A stretch of 64,000 nucleotides of DNA. Origin: a virus. The stretch spans positions 1 to 64,000 of the IMG/VR virus record IMGVR_UViG_3300027969_000050; one strand, 5' to 3'. A model generated the notes under the pieces. That model saw only the letters and a program-made list of their open reading frames with translations, was not told where the DNA came from and did not search any database. This document shows positions 56,659-64,000 of the stretch, in pieces. Within the stretch, counting starts at the first letter, position 1. Every line of letters begins with the position of its first letter. Both the position numbers and the translations under genes were made by a program.

Positions 56659-57563
56659 ACAACCACCCAATTGATTCGATCCGTGTAGTTGAGTTCTGGG
56701 AGCAAGGTTATAACTATCGTGAAACCGGAGAGCAGTTCGGCGTAAGTCGAGAGCGTATTCGGCAGATCGTAGTCGCCTCGCACAAGAAAACCTGCCAGCT
56801 ACCTTGGATTGGACCCGGAGAGGGAGTGGCCTGTGGGTGCATCAGCGCCCATAGATCCGGTCGGGATCGCCTTCGTGGAGAAATACTGGCGAAGCATGCG
56901 GACGCAATTAAGGTTGAATACCTAAGCGGAATGCCGATGAAGGATATTGCACAAAAGCACGATCTTTCAGCCAAGGATACTCATTGGTTTGTTGAAGGTT
57001 TCTCTGAGGAAACCAAAGCAATTCGCAATTCCAATATGTGGACTGCAAACAAAACCCGAGGCACCAACGATCTTGATAAGCACATTGTGAACATCAAGTC
57101 CCTTGCCGACAAACTGGGTCGGGTTCCAACAAGGGCTGAATATGACCGCGAAGCCGCTTTGCAAGGCTGGCGCTCAGCCCAAACAATCTGCATTAGGTTT
57201 GGGTACTGGTCAAGTGCAATCAAGGCCGCTGGGCTTGTTCCAAGCAAGGTCACAGCAAGCGTGAGTAAGTCCCGGCGCGACAAGCATTGGAACGACGAGA
57301 AAGTGCTTGACGCAATGCACTACATGTATGAGGCCTATGGCGAGATCCCCCCTTTAACTCGATACCGGGAAATCTATAAGGAAGTTCCGTGGCTTCCTTC
57401 GGACCAAATGATTCGTCGCGGAAGCGGCTGGCCTGAGACGCGCCTATTGATCATGAATACGCATGATGATTGGGAGCCTAAGTTCAGCACCGACGAGCTT
57501 ATTCCGCCAACGGGAACTGGTGGCCGACCAAAGAACACAAACACAACGGAGGCAATAGCATGA
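56655..57563 (+). CDS. DNA-binding protein: sigma-region-4-like HTH plus homing-endonuclease-associated repeats
   Basis: YRETGEQFGVSRERIRQI; LGRVPTRAEYD..RFGYWSSAIKAAGL; GTGA overlap. Confidence 0.7.
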   Translation: MNNHPIDSIRVVEFWEQGYNYRETGEQFGVSRERIRQIVVASHKKTCQLPWIGPGEGVACGCISAHRSGRDRLRGEILAKHADAIKVEYLSGMPMKDIAQKHDLSAKDTHWFVEGFSEETKAIRNSNMWTANKTRGTNDLDKHIVNIKSLADKLGRVPTRAEYDREAALQGWRSAQTICIRFGYWSSAIKAAGLVPSKVTASVSKSRRDKHWNDEKVLDAMHYMYEAYGEIPPLTRYREIYKEVPWLPSDQMIRRGSGWPETRLLIMNTHDDWEPKFSTDELIPPTGTGGRPKNTNTTEAIA

Positions 57564-57793
57564 CTAGTATGATCAAGTTCGGAACTATTGACGCTAAGGG
57601 CAAGGTCACTAACGTTCGTATGGTTCCCAATTCGTCAGTTCACGACTGTCCATTTCGCATTCTTACCCCTTCGCATTACCGCAAGACAAAGAGTGCTAAG
57701 TGCCGATGCGATGATCCCAAGCATCTTGAAATGGCAGACAACGGTTACGTGTGGAACAAAAAGGAAGGTGTTTGGAATGCCGTGGAGCGTTGA
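57560..57793 (+). CDS. Small Cys/His protein
   Basis: GGAGG SD; CPF..HY..CRCDDP.H. Confidence 0.6.
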   Translation: MTSMIKFGTIDAKGKVTNVRMVPNSSVHDCPFRILTPSHYRKTKSAKCRCDDPKHLEMADNGYVWNKKEGVWNAVER

Positions 57794-58019
57794 TCAGACC
57801 TGCCTTTACGAATACGATATCGGCCTGCTTCCAATGATCTCCGAGTGCGGAGTGCTAAGTACCTCCAAGCCATCACCTTTGACTCGTGACGAAATCGTCC
57901 CGGTCCTTGAGAAAATTGCAAAGCATTCAAGCTACCAAAAGCAGACCATTGTTTGCCATGATGAAAACTTTGATCCTATTGTCTTGCAAGATGGAAAGGT
58001 AATGAACGATGACGACTGA
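57777..58019 (+). CDS. Hypothetical protein
   Basis: Operon context, ATG 57777. Confidence 0.5.
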   Translation: MPWSVDQTCLYEYDIGLLPMISECGVLSTSKPSPLTRDEIVPVLEKIAKHSSYQKQTIVCHDENFDPIVLQDGKVMNDDD

Positions 58020-58269
58020 AACGCGCAAGCGAAAGATGCCCAAGACGGCTGTCCTATCGGCTCCGCTTAGGGAATGGCTTCTGGAAAACTATCCGACCCT
58101 AAGCGTCCTTGAACTTAGCAGGGAGATTGGGCTTCACGAAAGAACAACAAGGGCCATTGTCTTTGCCGAAAGACCGACAGTCAACATCACGCTGGTCGAT
58201 CAGGTCTTTACCAATCTTGGAAGTCCTTATCTTCTAGATGAGCTTTACCCAATGGACGAAGCGGCATGA
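58009..58269 (+). CDS. Small HTH (Xre-like) protein
   Basis: SVLELSREIGLHERTTRAI. Confidence 0.6.
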   Translation: MTTETRKRKMPKTAVLSAPLREWLLENYPTLSVLELSREIGLHERTTRAIVFAERPTVNITLVDQVFTNLGSPYLLDELYPMDEAA

Positions 58270-58367
58270 GACTAAAAGACGCCGCCTACGGAGCGTTTTT
58301 GGTCGTTGGGGCCACGCTGCTGTTCATCTTCGTTATGGGCCTCTGTAGGCTTGTTATGAGCCTCTAA
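58266..58367 (+). CDS. 33-aa membrane peptide (not in ORF track)
   Basis: MRLKDAAYGAFLVVGATLLFIFVMGLCRLVMSL; ATGA overlap. Confidence 0.5.
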   Translation: MRLKDAAYGAFLVVGATLLFIFVMGLCRLVMSL

Positions 58368-60979
58368 GAGTGCATTAAGCCGTTCCAGCCAGAGGTAAGC
58401 TGCTGGTTTACTGGCTGGGCGTTAGGGTAGTTCTCGTAATACCACTTGTTAGCTGCCGACTGACCTTCGTTAGTCCAGATGCGGGAATACTCCCTTGCGA
58501 TATCGGCAGGATTGTTTCGAGGTTCGACAAACGTGTTATACATTGGCTCGCCCATTCTTTCGCCAAAGGGGACCTCCTCTAGCTCACGGTTGTATTGCTG
58601 TACAGTAACCGGCTGATTTTCGGTTAGAGGCAATTTGTCAAATGGGTCAGGGTCGCGGCGGCGACCAAACTCATCATAGCTAACTGGTGGCGGCGCCGTG
58701 TAATCTCCCGGTTGCGCGTCATTGTTGAGACCCATATTAATTCTTTCGCGCCCTTCATCAGACAACTGTGGGTTGGTCGGATCTTTGTATTCGCCCGCCA
58801 TTGGATCCTTGCCGGGTGGGGTTCTTAGCTGGATAAGATTTAGGAACCTTTCGTCAATAACTTCATCGGCAACTTCCCTTTTAAGAGCCTCTTCATCAAA
58901 ACTAAAAGCCTCCACTTCCCCGCCTGCTTCTGAGTACTGCGCTTCTTCCTCTGGCGACATTTCATCAGTAATGTAACGAGGATAACGTTCGTACTCTCCA
59001 GCCCAATAGTCAAGAATTTCTTTAATGAAGTTGTTCAAGTTCATTCCATAAAAACCATAGCTGCCTTGCTCGCTTAGAAGCCCAATAAATGTTTCCGGGA
59101 ACGAATGGTAGTTTTCTACTGCATCCATAGCAAGCGCCTCAGGAATTGGATCGGCCTCAAGCGTACACTCGTCATCGATGTTGTCGTCAGAAAATTGGCG
59201 AATTACGTCCCAAGGATCATCCATAATTGCTTCTGCCCTGTCGATTTCTTCGACGCTTCCAAAGTCCCAATTAGTAATGCCACCGGCACGCTCGGCCCAG
59301 TCATACATTCCAAGACTTTCAAAATAGTAAGCATTGTCACGGTTTTCGGACAAGCTGTCATTTCCTTGGCCGCCACCATCATCGTCTCGGCCTGTAAAAT
59401 TGTTGAAGGCAGAAATTAATTCTCGCCATTCCTCCTTCGGATATCCGGACCTTCCTTGAATGTGTCCCAAAGAGTTGTCCTCAGGATTCCAATTCCAAGT
59501 TGCCTTTGGAATTCCGTCTGGATCACGAAGAGAAAAGCACTCTAATTTTTCTTCCGCAATGCCGTAAACATACGGCTGCTCATCACTGCCAATGCAGTGT
59601 CCTAGAATTGCTGTTTCTAAGCGTGCGCTTTCTGCGGTTGTGATTTGTACAGCGCGCCAGCCTTTATATTTTTCTGGGTCAATTATTCCCGGGTAGCCTC
59701 GTTCAACGAGATCTTCCATTGTGTAAGGCTCGTCACGACTTGTTTCGCCGCGCAGCTTTGCGTCCTCTAGTTCTTCTAGGACCTGCATATTTCTAGCCTC
59801 AATTGCCTGCGGAAGGTCAACGACCATTGGGTTGTAAAACTGATCAGGAGGGGTATTTGCCCTTTGAAGTTCGTCCTCTTTGCGCTTAGACGTTTCGTCT
59901 TCAAGTAGCTGTTTTGAATACTGCTTGATCATTTCTTGGCTACGGACCCATTCAAGATGCTCATCAGAAATTTTCCACGCTTGATCCACGTCCATCTCCA
60001 TAACATTCTTGCCTTGTCGAAATGGAGACTGACGGGCGTTAAACCATGTTGCGATTGAACCAAACAATAATTCTACGTTTGTGGTGCCGTGATTCAAGCC
60101 AATTTGGTCTCCTCGAGCGGCTTCGCCTCTAGCTCCAAAGTTTGGAGTAATGTCGTTCTTTGCCAGTCTTGCAACAAGCCAAGGAAGCAGCCCTTCAGCG
60201 TCATTTTTGGCGCAGAGATTATCAAGGCGTTCAAGAACTTTGAGTCCAGCATTAGGACCACCGGGGCCTTGAGAGTTTGGGACCTCCCCGGAGAGCGGAC
60301 CATTGCGTCTAAATATTTTTTGGTTTTGCTTGAAGATTTTTCGTCCGGCATTTGTCTTGAGGTCCGGAACGAAGTCTTCTTGCTGACCCCGAGTTTCCTC
60401 AACCGCATTATCAATCCCTCGACGCAGATCAGAGGCAATTGCGTCTGATATACCTTCTTGAGCAATTCGAGCTATTTGAGGAGGGGAGAGTTCTACTATC
60501 CCGATGTTTAGTTCTTTAGCCTGTTCCAGCCCAAATAGGAATAATTTGCCTTCAGCGTCGCAAACAATAGCGTCTACGTCAAGGACTCTACGATCACGGA
60601 ATTCGTACCCATTGCTTACAAGCCAATTGGTTAGGTGTATTTCCGCCATAGAGGGAGTGCGGCCAGCATCGTGAGTGGCGAAAGGGTCGTAGTCCTCTGG
60701 TGGCGTCCCGAACTTGCCAATAAAAAGGCCTACTTTTGGTTTTGGCGCCTCTTCTTCCTCAGCGGCAACTTTCGTCTGCTCTTCCTTGTCCGAATGCCAA
60801 TATCCGCATGAGCAAGGCAGGCCACTAAAAATATTTCTGTGGGTGTAATTCTCCGCATTTTGCGGGTCTTCTTCTTGAAGCGCTTCAGAAATTTTTCTGC
60901 TTGACAGGTCGTCAAACCCAATCATCTCTGGGGTCAGATCGCCTTCAAAGAAAGGGTCTTTTGAGAATTTGCGAGGCAT
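58364..60979 (-). CDS. Large acidic polyvalent protein with PcfJ-like domain
   Basis: ARLETAILGHCIGS..FSLRDPDGIPKATW..HIQGRSG; late motif at start. Confidence 0.7.
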   Translation of the reverse strand: MPRKFSKDPFFEGDLTPEMIGFDDLSSRKISEALQEEDPQNAENYTHRNIFSGLPCSCGYWHSDKEEQTKVAAEEEEAPKPKVGLFIGKFGTPPEDYDPFATHDAGRTPSMAEIHLTNWLVSNGYEFRDRRVLDVDAIVCDAEGKLFLFGLEQAKELNIGIVELSPPQIARIAQEGISDAIASDLRRGIDNAVEETRGQQEDFVPDLKTNAGRKIFKQNQKIFRRNGPLSGEVPNSQGPGGPNAGLKVLERLDNLCAKNDAEGLLPWLVARLAKNDITPNFGARGEAARGDQIGLNHGTTNVELLFGSIATWFNARQSPFRQGKNVMEMDVDQAWKISDEHLEWVRSQEMIKQYSKQLLEDETSKRKEDELQRANTPPDQFYNPMVVDLPQAIEARNMQVLEELEDAKLRGETSRDEPYTMEDLVERGYPGIIDPEKYKGWRAVQITTAESARLETAILGHCIGSDEQPYVYGIAEEKLECFSLRDPDGIPKATWNWNPEDNSLGHIQGRSGYPKEEWRELISAFNNFTGRDDDGGGQGNDSLSENRDNAYYFESLGMYDWAERAGGITNWDFGSVEEIDRAEAIMDDPWDVIRQFSDDNIDDECTLEADPIPEALAMDAVENYHSFPETFIGLLSEQGSYGFYGMNLNNFIKEILDYWAGEYERYPRYITDEMSPEEEAQYSEAGGEVEAFSFDEEALKREVADEVIDERFLNLIQLRTPPGKDPMAGEYKDPTNPQLSDEGRERINMGLNNDAQPGDYTAPPPVSYDEFGRRRDPDPFDKLPLTENQPVTVQQYNRELEEVPFGERMGEPMYNTFVEPRNNPADIAREYSRIWTNEGQSAANKWYYENYPNAQPVNQQLTSGWNGLMHS

Positions 60980-61032
60980 TCAATACTTACGGGCCAGATC
61001 CTCCGAATATGTAGGCGAACCTGCATCGGCAC

Positions 61033-61061
61033 TTGCACTGATCGCATGGATGCGCTATACT
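61033..61061 (+). promoter_or_regulatory. SigA-type promoter
   Basis: TTGCAC-17-TATACT. Confidence 0.75.
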
Positions 61062-61083
61062 ATGTACTCAAGAAAGGAACGTT

Positions 61084-61365
61084 ATGACTGTTGACCATTA
61101 CTCAGCCCTTTGGGACGAATCAGCTACCGAAGAGGACGTTATTCAGACGTATCAACACCTCATAAACACTGGCCAAGCATGGCAGCTTGAAGGCCATGTT
61201 GGACGTACTGCGATGCGTCTTATCGAGGACGGAGTTTGCGCCCTTGGCAAGTCCGATCACCGCGACTACTACGGAGGCCACATTCCTAGTCGTTTTCAGG
61301 TCGAGGCCGGAACCAAGGGAAGCGTCGAGTTCGTACAAGAACACGGTAACGAGGTCTCAGAATGA
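61084..61365 (+). CDS. Conserved small phage protein
   Basis: AAGGA SD; YQHLINTGQAWQLEGHVGRTAMRLIE..DYYG..IPSR. Confidence 0.75.
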   Translation: MTVDHYSALWDESATEEDVIQTYQHLINTGQAWQLEGHVGRTAMRLIEDGVCALGKSDHRDYYGGHIPSRFQVEAGTKGSVEFVQEHGNEVSE

Positions 61366-61481
61366 CCAGCGCTCTTATAGTTGGGGCGCTTGTTATTTTC
61401 GTTGGTGCCTTGCTGGCAGCCATCGATTTGGTTCTGGATTTCTTCTGGGGTAAAACACCGAAGAGAAAGAAACGACGATGA
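61362..61481 (+). CDS. 39-aa membrane peptide (not in ORF track)
   Basis: MTSALIVGALVIFVGALLAAIDLVLDFFWGKTPKRKKRR; ATGA overlaps at both ends. Confidence 0.65.
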   Translation: MTSALIVGALVIFVGALLAAIDLVLDFFWGKTPKRKKRR

Positions 61482-61864
61482 GGATTCTAATCACAACAAT
61501 TGCATTCTGCGCTCTTGCGGCTCCAGCTATAGCCAGCCCGATCAGTCCAAGCTTGATCGGCGTGATGCCTGAGCAACCTCCTATTGTCAAGGCCAAACCC
61601 AAGGTCAAGCCCATGCCAGACAACTCAGAGGTTTGGATTAGGATTGGACGTTGCGAACAACCGGGTTCGGGTAAGTGGGGAATCAATTGGAGCCACCCCG
61701 GACCTCAGTTTCAAGGTGGCCTAGGTTTCTATTCAGGAACTTGGGATTCGTACAGGCCTAGTGGCTACCCAGATGAAGCTGGGCAAGCTACTTGGCGTCA
61801 ACAAATGAACGTCGCAAACCGCGTCGCAAACGACGTAGGGTTTTCGGCTTGGGGGTGTTTTTAA
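61478..61864 (+). CDS. Secreted Rpf-like (resuscitation-promoting factor) transglycosylase
   Basis: Signal peptide; WIRIGRCE..NW..FQGGLGF..TW..A.QAT.RQQM.VA.RV..GFSAWGC. Confidence 0.85.
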   Translation: MRILITTIAFCALAAPAIASPISPSLIGVMPEQPPIVKAKPKVKPMPDNSEVWIRIGRCEQPGSGKWGINWSHPGPQFQGGLGFYSGTWDSYRPSGYPDEAGQATWRQQMNVANRVANDVGFSAWGCF

Positions 61865-62256
61865 TGATTGCCACAGCACTAGCAGCAGCAGCACTAATGA
61901 CCGGATCCGGTACCGCCTATCACAGTTGCGATGGCAGTACCTCGATGACAGCAAGCGGACGGACGGCAAAGGTCGGCTACGTCGCTCACAACGGCCTGCC
62001 TATTGGGTCATGGATTGAAATGGTTCGCCCTCGTACCGTCATGGACCGCAAGTGGTTCCAAGTCATGGATCGCGGCGGACCCTCCTTCCTAGTTGATTTC
62101 TGGGCCAAGGACTGTTCTTGGATGCATGCCTTCGGACGCAGAACAATTACGATCAAAGCCGTCCCGAGGTCAGAACTCTACCGAGGCAAGCCTATGAAAG
62201 GCTGGTCGTTTCGTAGAGGCTCAAAGTCAGCCAAGCTTGTTTGGAGGGCGAAATAA
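61864..62256 (+). CDS. Secreted 3D/RlpA-like (double-psi beta barrel) transglycosylase
   Basis: TAY..MTASG..VAHNGLPIGS..V.DRGG..VDFW..FGRR; TAATG overlap. Confidence 0.75.
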   Translation: MIATALAAAALMTGSGTAYHSCDGSTSMTASGRTAKVGYVAHNGLPIGSWIEMVRPRTVMDRKWFQVMDRGGPSFLVDFWAKDCSWMHAFGRRTITIKAVPRSELYRGKPMKGWSFRRGSKSAKLVWRAK

Positions 62257-62609
62257 TGGCCGCTCCCAAAAGCCCCCTAAGCGAAACCGTTGAGTTTGGT
62301 CAAACCCTGCGCCTGTGGGACTACGACTGCGCCGGGTATCAGATCGGATACATTGACGAGGACGGCTGCTGCTGGGAGTCCTGCCGGGAGCGAGACCTAG
62401 CAACAACCGAAGGCCGCTTCAGGGACGGAATGATTTACTGGAACCGAGGGGAGGCTAGTTCGCCTCCTAATGCTCTAGAAATTGCCAAGCTTGAGTGCCG
62501 GGACCCAGACAACATTGAGGACGCGGCTAAGGCCGCTGAGGGCCTTGTGGGGGACAAGCCTTGGGATATCGGACAGGCCTTGGGGCGTCCGGTTACAAGA
62601 GCGGCTTAG
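62256..62609 (+). CDS. Hypothetical protein
   Basis: GGAGG SD, TAATG overlap. Confidence 0.55.
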   Translation: MAAPKSPLSETVEFGQTLRLWDYDCAGYQIGYIDEDGCCWESCRERDLATTEGRFRDGMIYWNRGEASSPPNALEIAKLECRDPDNIEDAAKAAEGLVGDKPWDIGQALGRPVTRAA

Positions 62610-63223
62610 TCGTCGTAATCGTCGTACTGGCTTTCACCGTAGCCATCGTTGTAGCTATCGATGGCGCGCCTGTGTAGCTCCGTAATAACCTCGTCGTTAT
62701 CGAAAACAGCCTTTGCGACCGCTGCGGTCAACTCCTCAGGAATCTGAGGGTAGATGTACTCAATCTCTTCATTTGTATCAGGAGAGGTGTAAATTGCCTT
62801 CCCGATGGCAAAGTCCGCCTTGGCTTCGTTCAGGTCCACCTCAAAGAGTTCTTCGCTTCCTGCGCCGGACCCCTCTCCCCAATGATTCCAACTACTTTGA
62901 ACATTTGGATCCAAGTCAATATCAATGTCCTCGGCGTAAATGCTTTGACCGGCTGAGTTCTCAACCACCACATATCGAATCGTCGAGCTTCCGGTCATGT
63001 TGACATCGGTAACGGCCCAATCATCGTTTAAGTACCCGGCGCCGATCTTCATGATGTCATTCCAGCTTGATTTCTTTTCATCAAAGATGTCTAGCTGATC
63101 ACCATGCTCATCATCGCACGAGTAGCACTGGCGCGTGTAAGGGTCGATGCTAGTCGGGCTGTCGCCGCAGCGTTCACACTTGGTTACGTTGATTCGTTCA
63201 GGCTTCTTGTCTGGATCTTCCAT
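62606..63223 (-). CDS. Acidic protein with Zn ribbon and late-type start motif
   Basis: CERC..CYSC then KKSSWNDIM; TAA-GCCT-TG-T-ATG. Confidence 0.6.
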   Translation of the reverse strand: MEDPDKKPERINVTKCERCGDSPTSIDPYTRQCYSCDDEHGDQLDIFDEKKSSWNDIMKIGAGYLNDDWAVTDVNMTGSSTIRYVVVENSAGQSIYAEDIDIDLDPNVQSSWNHWGEGSGAGSEELFEVDLNEAKADFAIGKAIYTSPDTNEEIEYIYPQIPEELTAAVAKAVFDNDEVITELHRRAIDSYNDGYGESQYDDYDD

Positions 63224-63255
63224 ACAAGGCTTAAACGACTGTAAGCGGCAATAAA

Positions 63256-63522
63256 CTAGGCTTTACTAGTCCACCACACGTCCCGAATGATCGAAATCAT
63301 TGGAAGGTTGATTTCGATACCCATTGGGCTGAAGTAAATTCCGAAGCGAATGTCCTTTGGGACAAAATAAAAGTTCCAATTCGCATGCTTAACCAGATCG
63401 GAATCTTTCATCATCCTCTTAAACTCTTTGTAGTCATTGATCTCGCGCTCGTTTTGCATCTCTTTAAAAATCTTAGCCATGTCCTCTCCAATATTTCTCT
63501 CACTGGGTAGTAGATCAAACAT
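63256..63522 (-). CDS. Hypothetical protein
   Basis: 88 aa, overlaps upstream stop. Confidence 0.5.
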   Translation of the reverse strand: MFDLLPSERNIGEDMAKIFKEMQNEREINDYKEFKRMMKDSDLVKHANWNFYFVPKDIRFGIYFSPMGIEINLPMISIIRDVWWTSKA

Positions 63523-63694
63523 CTTTAACGCCTTCCTTGTGCTTTTGGATCATGTTAATCATCGAATCCAGAGCCTCTTCGTTGAACGGAACATGGAACA
63601 TGATCTCGGACTTTTCGTCGAGGAAGTTGAATTGCAACCCATCTTCGATCTCATCCGATCCCCACTTACAACTCTCAATAGAAATTCTAATCAT
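63515..63694 (-). CDS. 59-aa protein (not in ORF track)
   Basis: AGGAG SD; MIRISIESCKWGSDEIEDGLQFNFLDEKSEIMFHVPF. Confidence 0.6.
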   Translation of the reverse strand: MIRISIESCKWGSDEIEDGLQFNFLDEKSEIMFHVPFNEEALDSMINMIQKHKEGVKDV

Positions 63695-63702
63695 TTTCTC
63701 TC

Positions 63703-64000
63703 CTAAAGCGTCAAAGCGCCGAATTTGGACTGGTGAACGGCCTCTATTCTAGCAACCGTTTCGTCAAGCGGAACCTTGGTCAAGCTCGCCGTTTCTTCGA
63801 TGCCGTTTCCGTGCATCTTAATCCTTGCCTTTGGAGCTTTTAGTTCTTTCCGCCACCATGCAAGAATCGACCGCTCAACTTCAAGGGCGTCAGATCCACG
63901 AGGGAAATGCCAAGTCCCATAGATGTCCCAGCCCTGCTGGCGAAACTTATTTAGACGAGATTCGCGCTCGATATCGCCACTAACGCCGACCTTGATAGTG
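63703..64000 (-). CDS. GIY-YIG-like (T5orf172-type) nuclease, C-terminal part
   Basis: IKVGVS..RL..GW..ALEVERSIL..NGIEET; 5' end outside window. Confidence 0.6.
   Translation of the reverse strand, partial: TIKVGVSGDIERESRLNKFRQQGWDIYGTWHFPRGSDALEVERSILAWWRKELKAPKARIKMHGNGIEETASLTKVPLDETVARIEAVHQSKFGALTL

Overview
64 kb of a large myovirus-type (contractile-tail) phage genome related in capsid module and gene order to the Bxz1/cluster C-Rhodococcus E3-type actinophages. Several proteins resemble, from recall, Thermoleophilia (Solirubrobacterales/Miltoncostaeales) families, suggesting that host class. 1-41.4 kb is an almost all minus-strand virion module: baseplate, duplicated hub, tape measure, frameshifted chaperone, tube, sheath, neck, capsid, protease, putative internal head proteins, glycosyltransferase and tail fibres. 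A plus-strand DNA ligase cassette interrupts it. 41.4-64 kb interleaves early/accessory genes with late-looking multidomain effector genes. Main observations: (1) a candidate regulatory circuit made of an unannotated ~74-nt sRNA complementary to the leader of a phosphorylation-dead LuxR/NarL regulator, a palindromic operator RTCC-AAAC-GGAY 1 nt upstream of three weak -35 boxes and over that regulator's own -10, and an SD-occluding hairpin; (2) a duplicated baseplate hub carrying four different peptidoglycan hydrolases, one copy split in two genes; (3) a leaderless late-promoter-like motif TAA-N4-TR marking structural genes and scattered polyproteins (HhH-GPD glycosylase, ParB plus papain-like, PcfJ) with K/R-x-A/S linkers; (4) a secreted Rpf plus 3D-domain pair. 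All family calls come from motif recognition without database searches.
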